Shown in pieces: positions 1 to 10,040 of a stretch of 64,000 bases of DNA. Source of the stretch: a virus. The DNA lies in IMG/VR virus record IMGVR_UViG_3300007735_000801; one strand, written 5' to 3'. Position numbers and translations under genes: made by a program. The first letter of the stretch is position 1. Each line of letters starts with the position of its first letter. Below the pieces are notes generated by a model that saw nothing but the letters and a program-made list of their open reading frames with translations, did not search any database and was not told where the DNA came from.

Positions 1-774
1 TACAAAAATGGTATTCCTTTAGAAATGTACATTGATTCTGTTTCTGGATTTGATGGTCAGGGAGATATTGCTAGTAAATTTGGTATCGAAATTAGAGACA
101 ACATTATGTTGACTCTTTCCAAGAAACGATTTAAGGAAGAAGTACAAACTAGATTTGTTAGTATAACCAGACCACGAGAAGGCGATTTAATTTATTTTCC
201 TTTAGCAAAAGCTATATTTGAAATTAATTTTGTTGAACACGAAAATCCATTTTATCAATTTGGAAAATTATTTTCATACAAATTAACCTGTGAACTCTTC
301 ACTTATAATCAAGAAGAAGTTACAACAGGAACTACAGAAATTGATAATGTTGTAAATCAAAATCAAGAATTTTTTACACTATTATCTCTATTACCAACAG
401 TATCTGGACAAACTCAGGGATTATATACTGGAGAAAAGGTGTATCAGGTCAATGGTGTTACTGGTAGCGGAGCAACATTATCGAATGCTACTTGGACTGG
501 TTATATTGCGTATCCTGGCACTACAGGACTTGCTTATGTTAGTGCTACTAGTGGTAATATATTAAATTCAGCAACATTATCTTATACTATTAGGGGTGAT
601 TCTAGTAATTTGGAATTCTATGTTATATCTAAACAAACTGGAGTTACGTTAGCAATTGTTAATGATGAGGATAGAAGTATACAAGGAGATAATGCTGATA
701 TTTCTTTAGAATCAAAAATTAAAGGTTTAATAAATTATACCGAAACCGATCCTTTTTCAGAAGGTAAATATTAA
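1..774 (+). CDS. gp14: Neck protein gp14 (5'-truncated by window edge)
   Basis: Frame open from base 1; RPREGDLIYFP, FEINFVEHENPFYQFGK and C-terminal DPFSE motifs; directly upstream of gp15. Confidence 0.9.
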   Translation, partial: YKNGIPLEMYIDSVSGFDGQGDIASKFGIEIRDNIMLTLSKKRFKEEVQTRFVSITRPREGDLIYFPLAKAIFEINFVEHENPFYQFGKLFSYKLTCELFTYNQEEVTTGTTEIDNVVNQNQEFFTLLSLLPTVSGQTQGLYTGEKVYQVNGVTGSGATLSNATWTGYIAYPGTTGLAYVSATSGNILNSATLSYTIRGDSSNLEFYVISKQTGVTLAIVNDEDRSIQGDNADISLESKIKGLINYTETDPFSEGKY

Positions 775-1460
775 TGTTTACTTATTATAAAAACGATTCA
801 GTTCGAAAATTGGTTATTGGTTTTGGTAATTTATTTAATGGTATTCAAATTGAACAGACCAATACCGATAATAGTAAACGAATATTTAATGTTCCATTAT
901 CTTATGCTTCTAAAGAAAAATTTATTAAGCGTTTAACCGAACATAGTTCGATTAGTGAAAATACTCGTATTGAAATTGGTGTTCCACAGATGTCATTTGA
1001 ATTGGTTGGATTAGTCTATGATCCTGCTCGTCGAATGAATAAGTTGTCTACAATGACACAGGTTAGTGCTGACCAAAATTCACTTGCTGCATCTTTTACA
1101 GAAACTCCTTATAATTTTACATTTAACTTGTACGTATACACCAGAAATATTGAAGAAAATTTGCAAATATTAGAACAAATATTACCGTATTTTTCTCCAG
1201 AATTTGTTATCTCTTTGAATATGACTGATATGCATCAGGCTGTTGATGTTCCTATAGTTCTTGCTCAAACAAATCTAACACAGGAATATGAGGGAGATTT
1301 TTCTACTAGACGAAATATTGTATCAACATATCAATTTACTGCTAAATCGTATGTGTACGGAAACACTAATCAGAATTTTGCTACAACCTTGAGAAATGTC
1401 AATATAAATACTAGTGATAATCCGTTTACCTTTAGTGATTCTTATGGTCTAACTGCATGA
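774..1460 (+). CDS. gp15: Tail sheath stabiliser/terminator gp15
   Basis: RKLVIGFGNLFN, VPLSYASKEKF, PQMSFE, QILEQILPYFSP motifs; synteny. Confidence 0.92.
   Translation: MFTYYKNDSVRKLVIGFGNLFNGIQIEQTNTDNSKRIFNVPLSYASKEKFIKRLTEHSSISENTRIEIGVPQMSFELVGLVYDPARRMNKLSTMTQVSADQNSLAASFTETPYNFTFNLYVYTRNIEENLQILEQILPYFSPEFVISLNMTDMHQAVDVPIVLAQTNLTQEYEGDFSTRRNIVSTYQFTAKSYVYGNTNQNFATTLRNVNINTSDNPFTFSDSYGLTA
1403..1410 (+). promoter_or_regulatory. T4-type late promoter TATAAATA upstream of terminase genes
   Basis: Exact consensus inside gp15 3' end, 46 nt before gp16 start. Confidence 0.6.
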
Positions 1461-1897
1461 GTGATAATGATATTATTTCTAAATCTCTAGACTTGGCATT
1501 TTCTGGTATAACTGCCGAAGCTATTGTCCCTCCAAAAACAACCAATATTGATGGTGATTTTGATTATGCTCGTGAAAATATCAAACAATTAATTGCCAAT
1601 GGATCTGATGCTATCGATGAGATTATTAAAATTGCCAAGGCTGGCGATAATCCAAGAGCATTTGAAGTGGTAAGTTTATTATTAAAAACCGTGGCAGATA
1701 TGAATAAAGATCTGATTGATCTATACCAGAAGACTAAAGTTGTAAAAAAAGAAGAAACAACAATCAACAACACAACAAATCAATCTATATTTGTTGGATC
1801 TACTAGTCAACTACAGGATCTCATTAATAAAGATCGTAGTCGTATTAAGTCTATTAAGAGTCAACAATTTTTAGAGAATGATGAAAATGGGATCTAA
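1457..1897 (+). CDS. gp16: Terminase small subunit gp16
   Basis: DFDYARENI, PRAFEV, NQSIFVGSTSQLQ motifs; precedes gp17. Confidence 0.92.
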   Translation: MSDNDIISKSLDLAFSGITAEAIVPPKTTNIDGDFDYARENIKQLIANGSDAIDEIIKIAKAGDNPRAFEVVSLLLKTVADMNKDLIDLYQKTKVVKKEETTINNTTNQSIFVGSTSQLQDLINKDRSRIKSIKSQQFLENDENGI

Positions 1898-3572
1898 GAA
1901 AAAGCATGGGTATTTGGGCAATCCAAATCTCAAACAAATTAGTACTGATGTAGAGTTCACAAAAGAACAAGTTGCAGAGTACATGAAATGTGCCAGCGAT
2001 CCTGTTTATTTCATTAAAAAATATATTAAAATTGTTACTCTAGATAAGGGTCTTGAGCCTTTTGAGTTGTATGATTATCAGGAAAAGATGGTGGAAACTA
2101 TTCAAGATAATCGTTATATTATTGCAAAACTACCACGACAATGCGGTAAAACTACAACTGTTGTGGCTTGGTGTGTACATTATATTCTGTTTAATCAGAG
2201 CGTAAATGTGGCTATTTTGGCTAATAAACTGAAGACTGCCATGGAAATTATGAAGCGTGTCAAGGAAGCATACGAGTACCTTCCAAAATGGCTTCAACAA
2301 GGCGTAGTGGAATGGAACAAGACTTCTATTCAGATTGAAAACGGATCTCGTGTTTTGGCTTCTGCTACATCTGCTAGTGCTGTCCGTGGTGGTTCATACA
2401 ATGTTCTGGTGCTTGATGAGTTTGCCCACGTTCCTTCTAACATTGCAGATGAATTCTTTAGCTCGGTATACCCGACCATTACGTCTGGTCAAACAACCAA
2501 AGTTATTATTGTGTCTACGCCTAACGGTATGAACATGTTTTATAATTTGTGGCAAGGAGCCACACGCAAATCAGAAGAAGAAGGTAAGAGCGAATACGTT
2601 CCTATTGAGGTTCATTGGAGCCAAGTACCTCTATACTCTGGCGGTCCTCTTCGTGACGAAAAATGGAAAGAAAGAACCATAAAGCAATTGGGTGGTGGAG
2701 CTGGTGGAGAGCAGCGTTTCGACAGTGAGTACAATTGTGATTTCATCGGCTCTTCTAATACTCTAATTTCTACAGCAAAGCTTCATACTCTAACACATAA
2801 AAAACCAAAAACCAAATCCAAAGAAGGTCTCTGGGTCTACGAAGAACCTGTAGCAAATAAACCTTACATCATGACTGTAGACACTTCCAGAGGACAAGGA
2901 AAAGATTACAGCGCAATCTTGGTATTTGACGTATCAGATACTCCGTATAAGATGGTGGCAAAATACAGAAATAATATTATTTCTCCCATGTTGTTTCCTA
3001 CCATGATTGATGCTCTTGGCAGGAAATACAACACAGCCTATGTTTTGGTGGAAGTAAATGATATTGGTAGCCAAGTAGCAGACATTCTTCACTATGACTT
3101 GGAATACGAACATGTTCTTATGAGTACCAATAAAGGCAGAAGTGGTCAAGTACTAAATGGAGGGTTTGGTAAAGGACAGACTCTTTTCGGTGTTCGAACC
3201 ACCACGCCAGTTAAGAAATTAGGATGTTCTATTCTTAAGAGTTTAATTGAACAGGACAAACTTCTGGTAGAAGACGAAGAAGTTATTTCCGAACTGTTGA
3301 CCTTCATATCAAAACATAATAGTTATGCGGCAGACGATATGCACACAGACGACCTTGTGATGTGTATGGTGTTGTTTGCTTGGTTGACAAAGCAACCGTA
3401 TTTTAAAGAATTGACTAATGTGGACATCAGAAAAGAACTTTTCGAAGGTGAAATTAAAAAAATTGAAGAAGACGACTGGTTCAGTTTCGGGTTTATTTCC
3501 AATGTAGACGACGAAGAACCCCCTCAATCGCAGCCAGATTCAGAAGAACGTGACTTTTGGTCTAAAGCGTAA
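1878..3572 (+). CDS. gp17: Terminase large subunit gp17
   Basis: YLGNPNLK, Walker A PRQCGKTT, Walker B LDEFA, STPNG, nuclease motifs VDTSRG and DDLVM; start could be 1878, 1881 or 1887. Confidence 0.97.
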   Translation: MMKMGSKKKHGYLGNPNLKQISTDVEFTKEQVAEYMKCASDPVYFIKKYIKIVTLDKGLEPFELYDYQEKMVETIQDNRYIIAKLPRQCGKTTTVVAWCVHYILFNQSVNVAILANKLKTAMEIMKRVKEAYEYLPKWLQQGVVEWNKTSIQIENGSRVLASATSASAVRGGSYNVLVLDEFAHVPSNIADEFFSSVYPTITSGQTTKVIIVSTPNGMNMFYNLWQGATRKSEEEGKSEYVPIEVHWSQVPLYSGGPLRDEKWKERTIKQLGGGAGGEQRFDSEYNCDFIGSSNTLISTAKLHTLTHKKPKTKSKEGLWVYEEPVANKPYIMTVDTSRGQGKDYSAILVFDVSDTPYKMVAKYRNNIISPMLFPTMIDALGRKYNTAYVLVEVNDIGSQVADILHYDLEYEHVLMSTNKGRSGQVLNGGFGKGQTLFGVRTTTPVKKLGCSILKSLIEQDKLLVEDEEVISELLTFISKHNSYAADDMHTDDLVMCMVLFAWLTKQPYFKELTNVDIRKELFEGEIKKIEEDDWFSFGFISNVDDEEPPQSQPDSEERDFWSKA

Positions 3573-3583
3573 ACTCCTAGAAA

Positions 3584-3591
3584 TATAAATA
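3584..3591 (+). promoter_or_regulatory. Late promoter TATAAATA for tail operon
   Basis: Exact consensus in the gp17-gp18 intergenic region. Confidence 0.8.
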
Positions 3592-3624
3592 ACGAGTAGA
3601 ACTAACTAAATCTTAGGAGAAAAG

Positions 3625-3699
3625 ATGTCGCAATTATCAAATAACTTACAACTTGAATTTGTTTATTATCAATACTCTAATCAAAAGGAATATCGCTAA
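3625..3699 (+). CDS. Putative 24-aa leader peptide MSQLSNNLQLEFVYYQYSNQKEYR
   Basis: AGGAG SD upstream; TAATG stop/start overlap with the sheath gene. Confidence 0.35.
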   Translation: MSQLSNNLQLEFVYYQYSNQKEYR

Positions 3700-4865
3700 T
3701 GGCAACACCTGAATCTGATTCTCCTCTTATTGCTGGCGTAGTATCTTTTAATGGACTAATTCCTATATTTGGGAATACTGGTGCTAACGGAACCACAGCC
3801 GAAACTAGTATTGGTTTAATGACAATTCCTTCATATAATGATTGGATTGCTCGTTTAAATTCCAGTCCATATCAGACCACAGGTCCTACAGGTGCTTGGG
3901 TTAATGAGTGGTGGGCTGTATATAATTATCTACAATACGGTGGAATTTGTTTGGTTGGTGGAACAGGAACTACTGGAGATTATTATGGTGGAACTGGAGG
4001 AGTTTTAACTGCTTCTAACACCCCATTACACAACAAGAGCATAAGTACTTTTGACGTAGTATTCGATGCAGGAAATACGTATTCTGCTCAAGCAGCCTAT
4101 AGTATTGCTACCACGAGACGAGATTGTGTTGCTTATATTGGAAATTACCAGAGTATTACTGGACTTCCTTTAGGTGCAACTTATTCAGGTGAAACTGCAG
4201 ATTTTGGTGTGACTCAAGGTACGACTGGTACAGAGTATGTGGCTTTTATTGCTGGTCGAAAGAAATTTTTAAGTGATGTTGGACAGTCTACTGGCGTAGT
4301 GTTTACTGCGAATTTAAGTCCAGATGCTGCTGGTTGTGCTGCTCGTACCGCAGCATCCACTTCGTTGTGGGTTCCACCTGCAGGAAAAATTCGTGGCAGA
4401 ATTCTTAGTGTAATTAACTTGCAACAAAATTTCACTGTATCAGATGCCGATTATTTGTATGCTGGTAATGTAAATCCAGTGAAAACTTTTCCAGGAGAAG
4501 GTACGTTTCTGATGGGTAATAAAACATCATATTCTAGTACTAGTGGATTAGGGTATATAAATATAGTAGCAATGATTGCTTATTTAAAGAAACAATTATT
4601 AATTATTGCTAATTCGCTTTTATTTGAAGCAAATACTGTGGAGTTAAGACAACAGTTTCTTTCTCGTGCCACTCCAATATTAGAATCTATTAAATCTGGT
4701 AACGGCATCTCAGCATACACAATTGTTTCAGATTCAAGTAATAATACGCCAACAACAATGGCAGCAAATAAATTGATTGTTGATATTACTATAAAACCAA
4801 CTTCATCTGTTCAAACAATAAGTATCACTGTTGTTAATAGTGATACCTCCGAAGTCTTAATATAA
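3699..4865 (+). CDS. gp18: Tail sheath protein gp18-like, unusually short (388 aa)
   Basis: NYLQYGG, WVPPAGKIRG, LYAGNVNPV, GNKT, LLFEAN and ITIKP sheath motifs; canonical position before tube gene. Confidence 0.82.
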   Translation: MATPESDSPLIAGVVSFNGLIPIFGNTGANGTTAETSIGLMTIPSYNDWIARLNSSPYQTTGPTGAWVNEWWAVYNYLQYGGICLVGGTGTTGDYYGGTGGVLTASNTPLHNKSISTFDVVFDAGNTYSAQAAYSIATTRRDCVAYIGNYQSITGLPLGATYSGETADFGVTQGTTGTEYVAFIAGRKKFLSDVGQSTGVVFTANLSPDAAGCAARTAASTSLWVPPAGKIRGRILSVINLQQNFTVSDADYLYAGNVNPVKTFPGEGTFLMGNKTSYSSTSGLGYINIVAMIAYLKKQLLIIANSLLFEANTVELRQQFLSRATPILESIKSGNGISAYTIVSDSSNNTPTTMAANKLIVDITIKPTSSVQTISITVVNSDTSEVLI

Positions 4866-4879
4866 GGATATAGAAACAC

Positions 4880-5440
4880 ATGGCAACTAATCATTCAATC
4901 TCTGATTTTATCAATGGTTTTGGTGGCGGAACACGTCAAAATCGTTTTCTTATAACGGGAGATATTGGTAGCGACAGTAGTCCTAAAACTACTAATTTTA
5001 CTAACAATGTGTTTTATGTAAGAACTGCAACTCTCCCTAATTCCACATTAGGAGGAATTCCTATAAATTATCGAGGAAGAACTGTGGTATATCCTGGTGA
5101 ACGAGTTTATAGTCCTTGGCAAATAACGGTATTAGACGATAAGCCTTCAGGAAAAACAAAATTATTTGAATCATTTCACGCTTGGAGTAATGGTATAAAC
5201 AATCATTTACTTAATACCACATCATCATCAGGACTTGATCCAAGCAATCATTTTGCTAATACTAATTGGACCGTAGAGCAACTAGATACTAATGGTGGTA
5301 CTACACTTACAGGTAGAAAGTTTACTTTATTTAATTGCTGGCCCCAAACGGTAGGTGATTTAGCCCTAGATATGGGAGCAGATAATACTCTTGCTAGTTT
5401 TGCGGTTACTATTTTTTATAGTCATTATTCGATTACTTAA
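4880..5440 (+). CDS. gp19: Tail tube protein gp19
   Basis: GGTRQNRF, YRGRTVVYPGER, WQITVLDD, NCWP motifs. Confidence 0.9.
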   Translation: MATNHSISDFINGFGGGTRQNRFLITGDIGSDSSPKTTNFTNNVFYVRTATLPNSTLGGIPINYRGRTVVYPGERVYSPWQITVLDDKPSGKTKLFESFHAWSNGINNHLLNTTSSSGLDPSNHFANTNWTVEQLDTNGGTTLTGRKFTLFNCWPQTVGDLALDMGADNTLASFAVTIFYSHYSIT

Positions 5441-5460
5441 TTTATGAAAAGTGAGAATTT

Positions 5461-7059
5461 ATGGAATTAGAACTATTCGGCTTTACAATCGGAAAAAAGA
5501 AACAAGATGCTCCACCAGAGAATCGTGATGTAATAACCCCAGATTCATATGATGGATCTTATGTCCTAGAGACTGGTGGTGTGTTTGGTACATTTGCAGA
5601 TTTTTCTGGAAATGCCAGAGACGAAAATCAATTAATTGCCCATTATCGCTCCATGGCATTGTACCCAGAAGTAGATTCTGCCATTGAAGACATTGTTAAC
5701 GAAGCAATTGTTTTGGATACTGATCGAAAACCAATAAAGATTGATTTAGACCGTGTAAATTTATCTGAAACAATTAAAACTAAAATGCATAGCGAGTATA
5801 ATCACTTGCTAAAGCTTTTAGATTTTTCTAATAAATCCCACGATATATTTCGTCGCTGGTTTATTGATGCCAAAACTTTCTACTTCAAGAAAATTGATAA
5901 GAATGATATTCGAAAAGGTATCATTGAACTAGTTCCTATTGATCCTGTAAAGATTAAAAAAGTTAGAAAGATTGAAAAGGATAAAGCTGTTTACGGTGGT
6001 GCTGCTCCTTTCTCTCCTATTAAAAGTATTCAAGAATATTATGTTTACACCGACACAGATAAGGAAGCAAACTTTCCAACAAATCCAACAGGATGGAAAA
6101 TTGCACCAGACACTATTGCCTATGTGCACTCAGGTATTGTTGATTCTAGCACAAAGCGTGTAGTCGGTTATTTGCAGAAGGCTGTTCGTCCCCTAAATCT
6201 GCTTCGTCAAATCGAAGATGCCGTAGCCATCTACCGAATTTCTCGTGCACCAGAACGACGAGTATTTTACGTAGACGTAGGTAATTTGCCTAAGCAGAAG
6301 GCTGAGCAGTATCTTCGTGAAATCATGAACCGATATCGTAACAAGACTATTTACGATCCTAAGACTGGTGAAATCAAGGATGAGCGTAATCATATGAGCA
6401 TGCTTGAGGATTACTGGATGCCTCGACGTGAAGGTGGTCGTGGCACAGAAATCAGTACGCTTGATGGTGGTCAAAACCTTGGTCAGATGGATGATGTTAA
6501 CTATCTGTTACAAAAGCTGTACCGAGCTCTTGGTGTTCCCCTGTCACGCATGATGCCTGATGGTGGTTTCAACATGGGACGTAGTGCGGAAATTACTCGT
6601 GACGAAGTTAAATTTAATAAATTTATTGATCGTCTTCGACAACGATTCAGCACTATATTCTTGGATTTGTTGAAGACCCAAGTTATTCTTAAGGGTATAA
6701 TGACGGAAGAAGATTGGAATCGTGTCGTACAAGATATCGGTTTCAAGTTCAATAACGATTCATATTACAATGAACTTAAGACCAACGACATTCTGCGTGA
6801 GCGTCTTGATATCATTGCTGCCGTGACTCCTTACATTGGTCGTTTCTTTTCTGGTGAATATGTGCGCAAACACTTCTTAAGACAAACAGACGAAGACATT
6901 ATTGAAATTGATGCACAGATAAATAGAGAGATGCAGAAGCAACTTGAAGCCCAAGAAGCTCAAGCATATCAACAAATGTTGGCAGGAGAAGAACCTGGTC
7001 AAGAAGGCAAACCAGGCGAAGAACAGCAACAAGAAGGCGAACAAGCACCCCCACAATGA
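5461..7059 (+). CDS. gp20: Portal vertex protein gp20
   Basis: YRISRAPERRVFYVDVGNLPKQKAEQY, EDYWMPRREGGRGTEI. Confidence 0.98.
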   Translation: MELELFGFTIGKKKQDAPPENRDVITPDSYDGSYVLETGGVFGTFADFSGNARDENQLIAHYRSMALYPEVDSAIEDIVNEAIVLDTDRKPIKIDLDRVNLSETIKTKMHSEYNHLLKLLDFSNKSHDIFRRWFIDAKTFYFKKIDKNDIRKGIIELVPIDPVKIKKVRKIEKDKAVYGGAAPFSPIKSIQEYYVYTDTDKEANFPTNPTGWKIAPDTIAYVHSGIVDSSTKRVVGYLQKAVRPLNLLRQIEDAVAIYRISRAPERRVFYVDVGNLPKQKAEQYLREIMNRYRNKTIYDPKTGEIKDERNHMSMLEDYWMPRREGGRGTEISTLDGGQNLGQMDDVNYLLQKLYRALGVPLSRMMPDGGFNMGRSAEITRDEVKFNKFIDRLRQRFSTIFLDLLKTQVILKGIMTEEDWNRVVQDIGFKFNNDSYYNELKTNDILRERLDIIAAVTPYIGRFFSGEYVRKHFLRQTDEDIIEIDAQINREMQKQLEAQEAQAYQQMLAGEEPGQEGKPGEEQQQEGEQAPPQ

Positions 7060-7457
7060 GCACCGCACAACGTTTAGTTCAAATGATTCTTCGAGGTAAA
7101 CCTGATCAGTTTAATACTATTATTAAAGAGTATTTGAATGAGCGAGCTTCTGTCATGATGGAACAAGTGTATCTAGAAGAAAGTAAAAATATTTTAGAAA
7201 TCATAAAACCAATACAGACTCAATTGGAATTATCAAAGCCTGAACCAGTTTCAGTTACTCAGTTTATTCCTGAAAATTCCTATCAATTACGAGACGGAGC
7301 TGTTGGTATTCTAAACGAAACACAGCAAGAAGCTGTGGGTAAACTGTACAAAAGTCTAAATACTGATAATAGACAACGTTTGGTCAAGTTACTCTCAGAA
7401 TCACAAGAATCATTTAATCGAGTATTGAATTTAGCAAAAATAGAAAGCAAAAAATAA
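7056..7457 (+). CDS. Hypothetical prohead core-region protein
   Basis: Between portal and protease (gp67/gp68 slot); LNE/LEE/LSE motifs. Confidence 0.55.
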   Translation: MSTAQRLVQMILRGKPDQFNTIIKEYLNERASVMMEQVYLEESKNILEIIKPIQTQLELSKPEPVSVTQFIPENSYQLRDGAVGILNETQQEAVGKLYKSLNTDNRQRLVKLLSESQESFNRVLNLAKIESKK

Positions 7458-7468
7458 GGAAACTATCC

Positions 7469-7861
7469 ATGGAAAACACTGATCAAATTCACTCATTTAT
7501 TCGTCTAGTCATGAACGAAAATCTCGCTCAGGCTCAATCTGTTATTCGAGAAGCTCTCAATACTAAGTTGAGCGAAGCTCTTGATGAAAAGTTTGAAGCT
7601 TATGCTCCTGCTATTTTTGAAGAGTTTGATGCCAAGAAGGCAGACAAAAACGACGATGGTACACTGAGTGATTGGGAGGTAAATTCTACCAAATGGGCTG
7701 AAGAAGGCGGCGACGAAGGCGGCGAAGAAGAAGGCGAAGAAGAAGGCGAAGAAGAAACTGACGAAGGCGACGAACAACCTATGCAAAATACGCCACCTAT
7801 TATGTCACAATATAGTGCTCCTACTGGTGGTGCTAGCACTGTTGGATCAGATGGATATTAA
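7469..7861 (+). CDS. Acidic prohead core protein (gp67-like position)
   Basis: Helical N-terminus, IFE site, EF-hand-like DKNDDGTLSDWE and poly-Glu tract; AAGGA SD. Confidence 0.6.
   Translation: MENTDQIHSFIRLVMNENLAQAQSVIREALNTKLSEALDEKFEAYAPAIFEEFDAKKADKNDDGTLSDWEVNSTKWAEEGGDEGGEEEGEEEGEEETDEGDEQPMQNTPPIMSQYSAPTGGASTVGSDGY
7700..7775 (+). repeat. Degenerate GAAGAAGGC tandem repeat encoding EEG/acidic tract
   Basis: gaagaaggcggcgacgaaggcggcgaagaagaaggcgaagaagaaggcgaa. Confidence 0.8.
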
Positions 7862-7864
7862 TCT

Positions 7865-8512
7865 ATGAAGCTAATAACCGAAACAATTGAAGAAGTAGAA
7901 TTTCTCACCGAAGCAGCCGAAGGCGGCGGTAAGAATTATTTCATTGAAGGTGTGTTTATGCAATCAGACACACTGAACAGAAATAAGCGTATGTATCCAC
8001 GTAACATTCTTCTTAATGAAATTGCACGGTATGACAGAGAATACGTTCAAAACAAAAGAGCATTTGGTGAATTAAATCATCCAACTAATCCTGTTGTTAA
8101 TCTAGATCGTGTTTCTCATATCATTCTTGAATTCAAGAGTAATGGTAAAGATGTTCAGGGACGAGCAAAAGTTATGGGAACTCCGATGGGCGAGATTGTT
8201 AAGAGTCTTATCAACGAAGGTGCTCGTTTAGGCGTATCTAGTCGTGGTATGGGTTCTTTAAGAGAACGAAACGGCTACAACGAAGTGTGTAATGATTTTC
8301 TCTTAAGTGCCGTAGATATTGTTGCTGATCCTAGTGCTCCTGGTGCATTTGTTAACGGCATCATGGAAGGCAAAGAATGGATCTGGAACAATGGCATTTT
8401 GGAAGAGCGTCAAGCCGAAGAGTATCGTCGAGAGATCAAGAAAACCTCAAGTCGTCAATTAGAATCAAAGGCAATCAAGTTGTTTGAAGATTTTCTAAGA
8501 AAATTAAAATGA
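7865..8512 (+). CDS. gp21: Prohead core protease gp21
   Basis: MKLITE, GELNHP, RVSH, GVSSRGMGS, DIVADPSAP. Confidence 0.97.
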   Translation: MKLITETIEEVEFLTEAAEGGGKNYFIEGVFMQSDTLNRNKRMYPRNILLNEIARYDREYVQNKRAFGELNHPTNPVVNLDRVSHIILEFKSNGKDVQGRAKVMGTPMGEIVKSLINEGARLGVSSRGMGSLRERNGYNEVCNDFLLSAVDIVADPSAPGAFVNGIMEGKEWIWNNGILEERQAEEYRREIKKTSSRQLESKAIKLFEDFLRKLK

Positions 8513-9963
8513 TTAAATCAAATTTCCAGTTAGAAAAAGAAAAAGAACGATCTATTTTAGATTGCATTACTTCTATTACTGGAAAGTTAAACGAAGCTAC
8601 AGTTGTTGGATTTAGTGCACCAATGGGTGGTATTGCTAACGCACAGCCGTCTTGGGCTACTCAGCGAGCAAAGGCATTAACTAATCCTTCTTTGCCTCTT
8701 CCTTTGCAGCCTGGACAAAGCACACCATTTATTGCTAGACCACCTTTTGTTCCACAAACACAATCCTCACAGCAACCACAGGGGTCGAATCGAGCACAAA
8801 TTGCTAGACCAGATTTAAACAATATACGGTATGATAACAAAAAAAGGAATGATCAATTTCCTGATCCAACAAAACCAAACTATGATAATGTGATTGATAT
8901 ATTACCTGATTCTGATTCATATAATGCAGGAAAATATCAATCTACTCAACAAAATACACCAACAGCAGATCAGAGAGTTCGAGCAGCTGGAGAAGCTCAA
9001 GCAGCGGAATCTGCAAAAGAAATAAACATGACTCCCGAAGAAAGAGACGCAAGAAGAGTTGCAAGAGAAGCAGCAGAAGACCGAAATGAAGGATCTTATG
9101 TTCAATACGACAGTGATGAACCTGGTAAACCAACATACGTTCCTGGAGAAAAAGATACAATTCATAAACGTTTACAGGCTCAAAGAAATCGACGAAATGC
9201 ACGAGAAGCTGAACGCTTAGACGCAGAAGAAAAGGCTCAGGAAAATAGAGAAAAAGAACGTGATATAAACAGACGAAGATATTCTCGTCCTATTTACAAT
9301 CAAGATGGAAGTGTAACAGACAGTTATACTGGAAAAAACATTGGCAATCAAGGAAGAAATCGATCAGATAATCAAGGTGACGGTGGCGGTGGTAGCTCTA
9401 TTCCTGAAAGTTTTAAAGGATCCCTAAATCGTTTAGACGAAATTGCTGCTGGTATTACTGCTATAGCTGGAACAGAGTTAGGTAAACACATTAAAGATTT
9501 TGCTGTGAATGCAGGTAGCGAAGCAATAAATTTTGCTAAAAATTACGCACCAAAGATTGGTTATATTGCATTAACTCCTCCTAGAACACTGGCTGCTGCT
9601 GCAACAGGCAGATTGAGTGGTCTTGGTTATTCTAAAGAGGGAGCAATAGATACATTTAACTATTACCGAAATATGATTGGCGGATTAGGTAAGGCTGGTG
9701 GCACTCTTTTAACTGGTCTTGCAGGAACAGCCGCAGGACAAAAAGTTGGAACTGCTGCAGGAAAAGCTGCAGGAAAAGTAGCTTCGTGGGTTGGTCCATT
9801 AGGTATTAAAGTAGGCAAAGATGTTGTGGGTGCATTAGACCCAGCGGGACATGTTGATGCCTTTGCCGACGAAGCTGCGTTAAATACTGGAGCGGCTCTA
9901 TGGGATCCAAGAATGCTCAGTTATAACATTAAATCAAAACCATTAGCTCAAGAAAAGAACTAA
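8509..9963 (+). CDS. Hypothetical 484-aa low-complexity protein, candidate internal head protein
   Basis: Inserted between gp21 and gp22; KLNE and RLDE sites; Gly/Ala-rich C-terminal part. Confidence 0.6.
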   Translation: MIKSNFQLEKEKERSILDCITSITGKLNEATVVGFSAPMGGIANAQPSWATQRAKALTNPSLPLPLQPGQSTPFIARPPFVPQTQSSQQPQGSNRAQIARPDLNNIRYDNKKRNDQFPDPTKPNYDNVIDILPDSDSYNAGKYQSTQQNTPTADQRVRAAGEAQAAESAKEINMTPEERDARRVAREAAEDRNEGSYVQYDSDEPGKPTYVPGEKDTIHKRLQAQRNRRNAREAERLDAEEKAQENREKERDINRRRYSRPIYNQDGSVTDSYTGKNIGNQGRNRSDNQGDGGGGSSIPESFKGSLNRLDEIAAGITAIAGTELGKHIKDFAVNAGSEAINFAKNYAPKIGYIALTPPRTLAAAATGRLSGLGYSKEGAIDTFNYYRNMIGGLGKAGGTLLTGLAGTAAGQKVGTAAGKAAGKVASWVGPLGIKVGKDVVGALDPAGHVDAFADEAALNTGAALWDPRMLSYNIKSKPLAQEKN

Positions 9964-10010
9964 ATAATTTACTCGTTTTTAACATTTTTACTACTAGAAA
10001 TATTGAATAA

Positions 10011-10018
10011 TATAAATA
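10011..10018 (+). promoter_or_regulatory. Late promoter TATAAATA for gp22-gp23
   Basis: Exact consensus, followed by AAGGA SD. Confidence 0.85.
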
Positions 10019-10040
10019 ACAAGGATTAAGGAACTAATAT

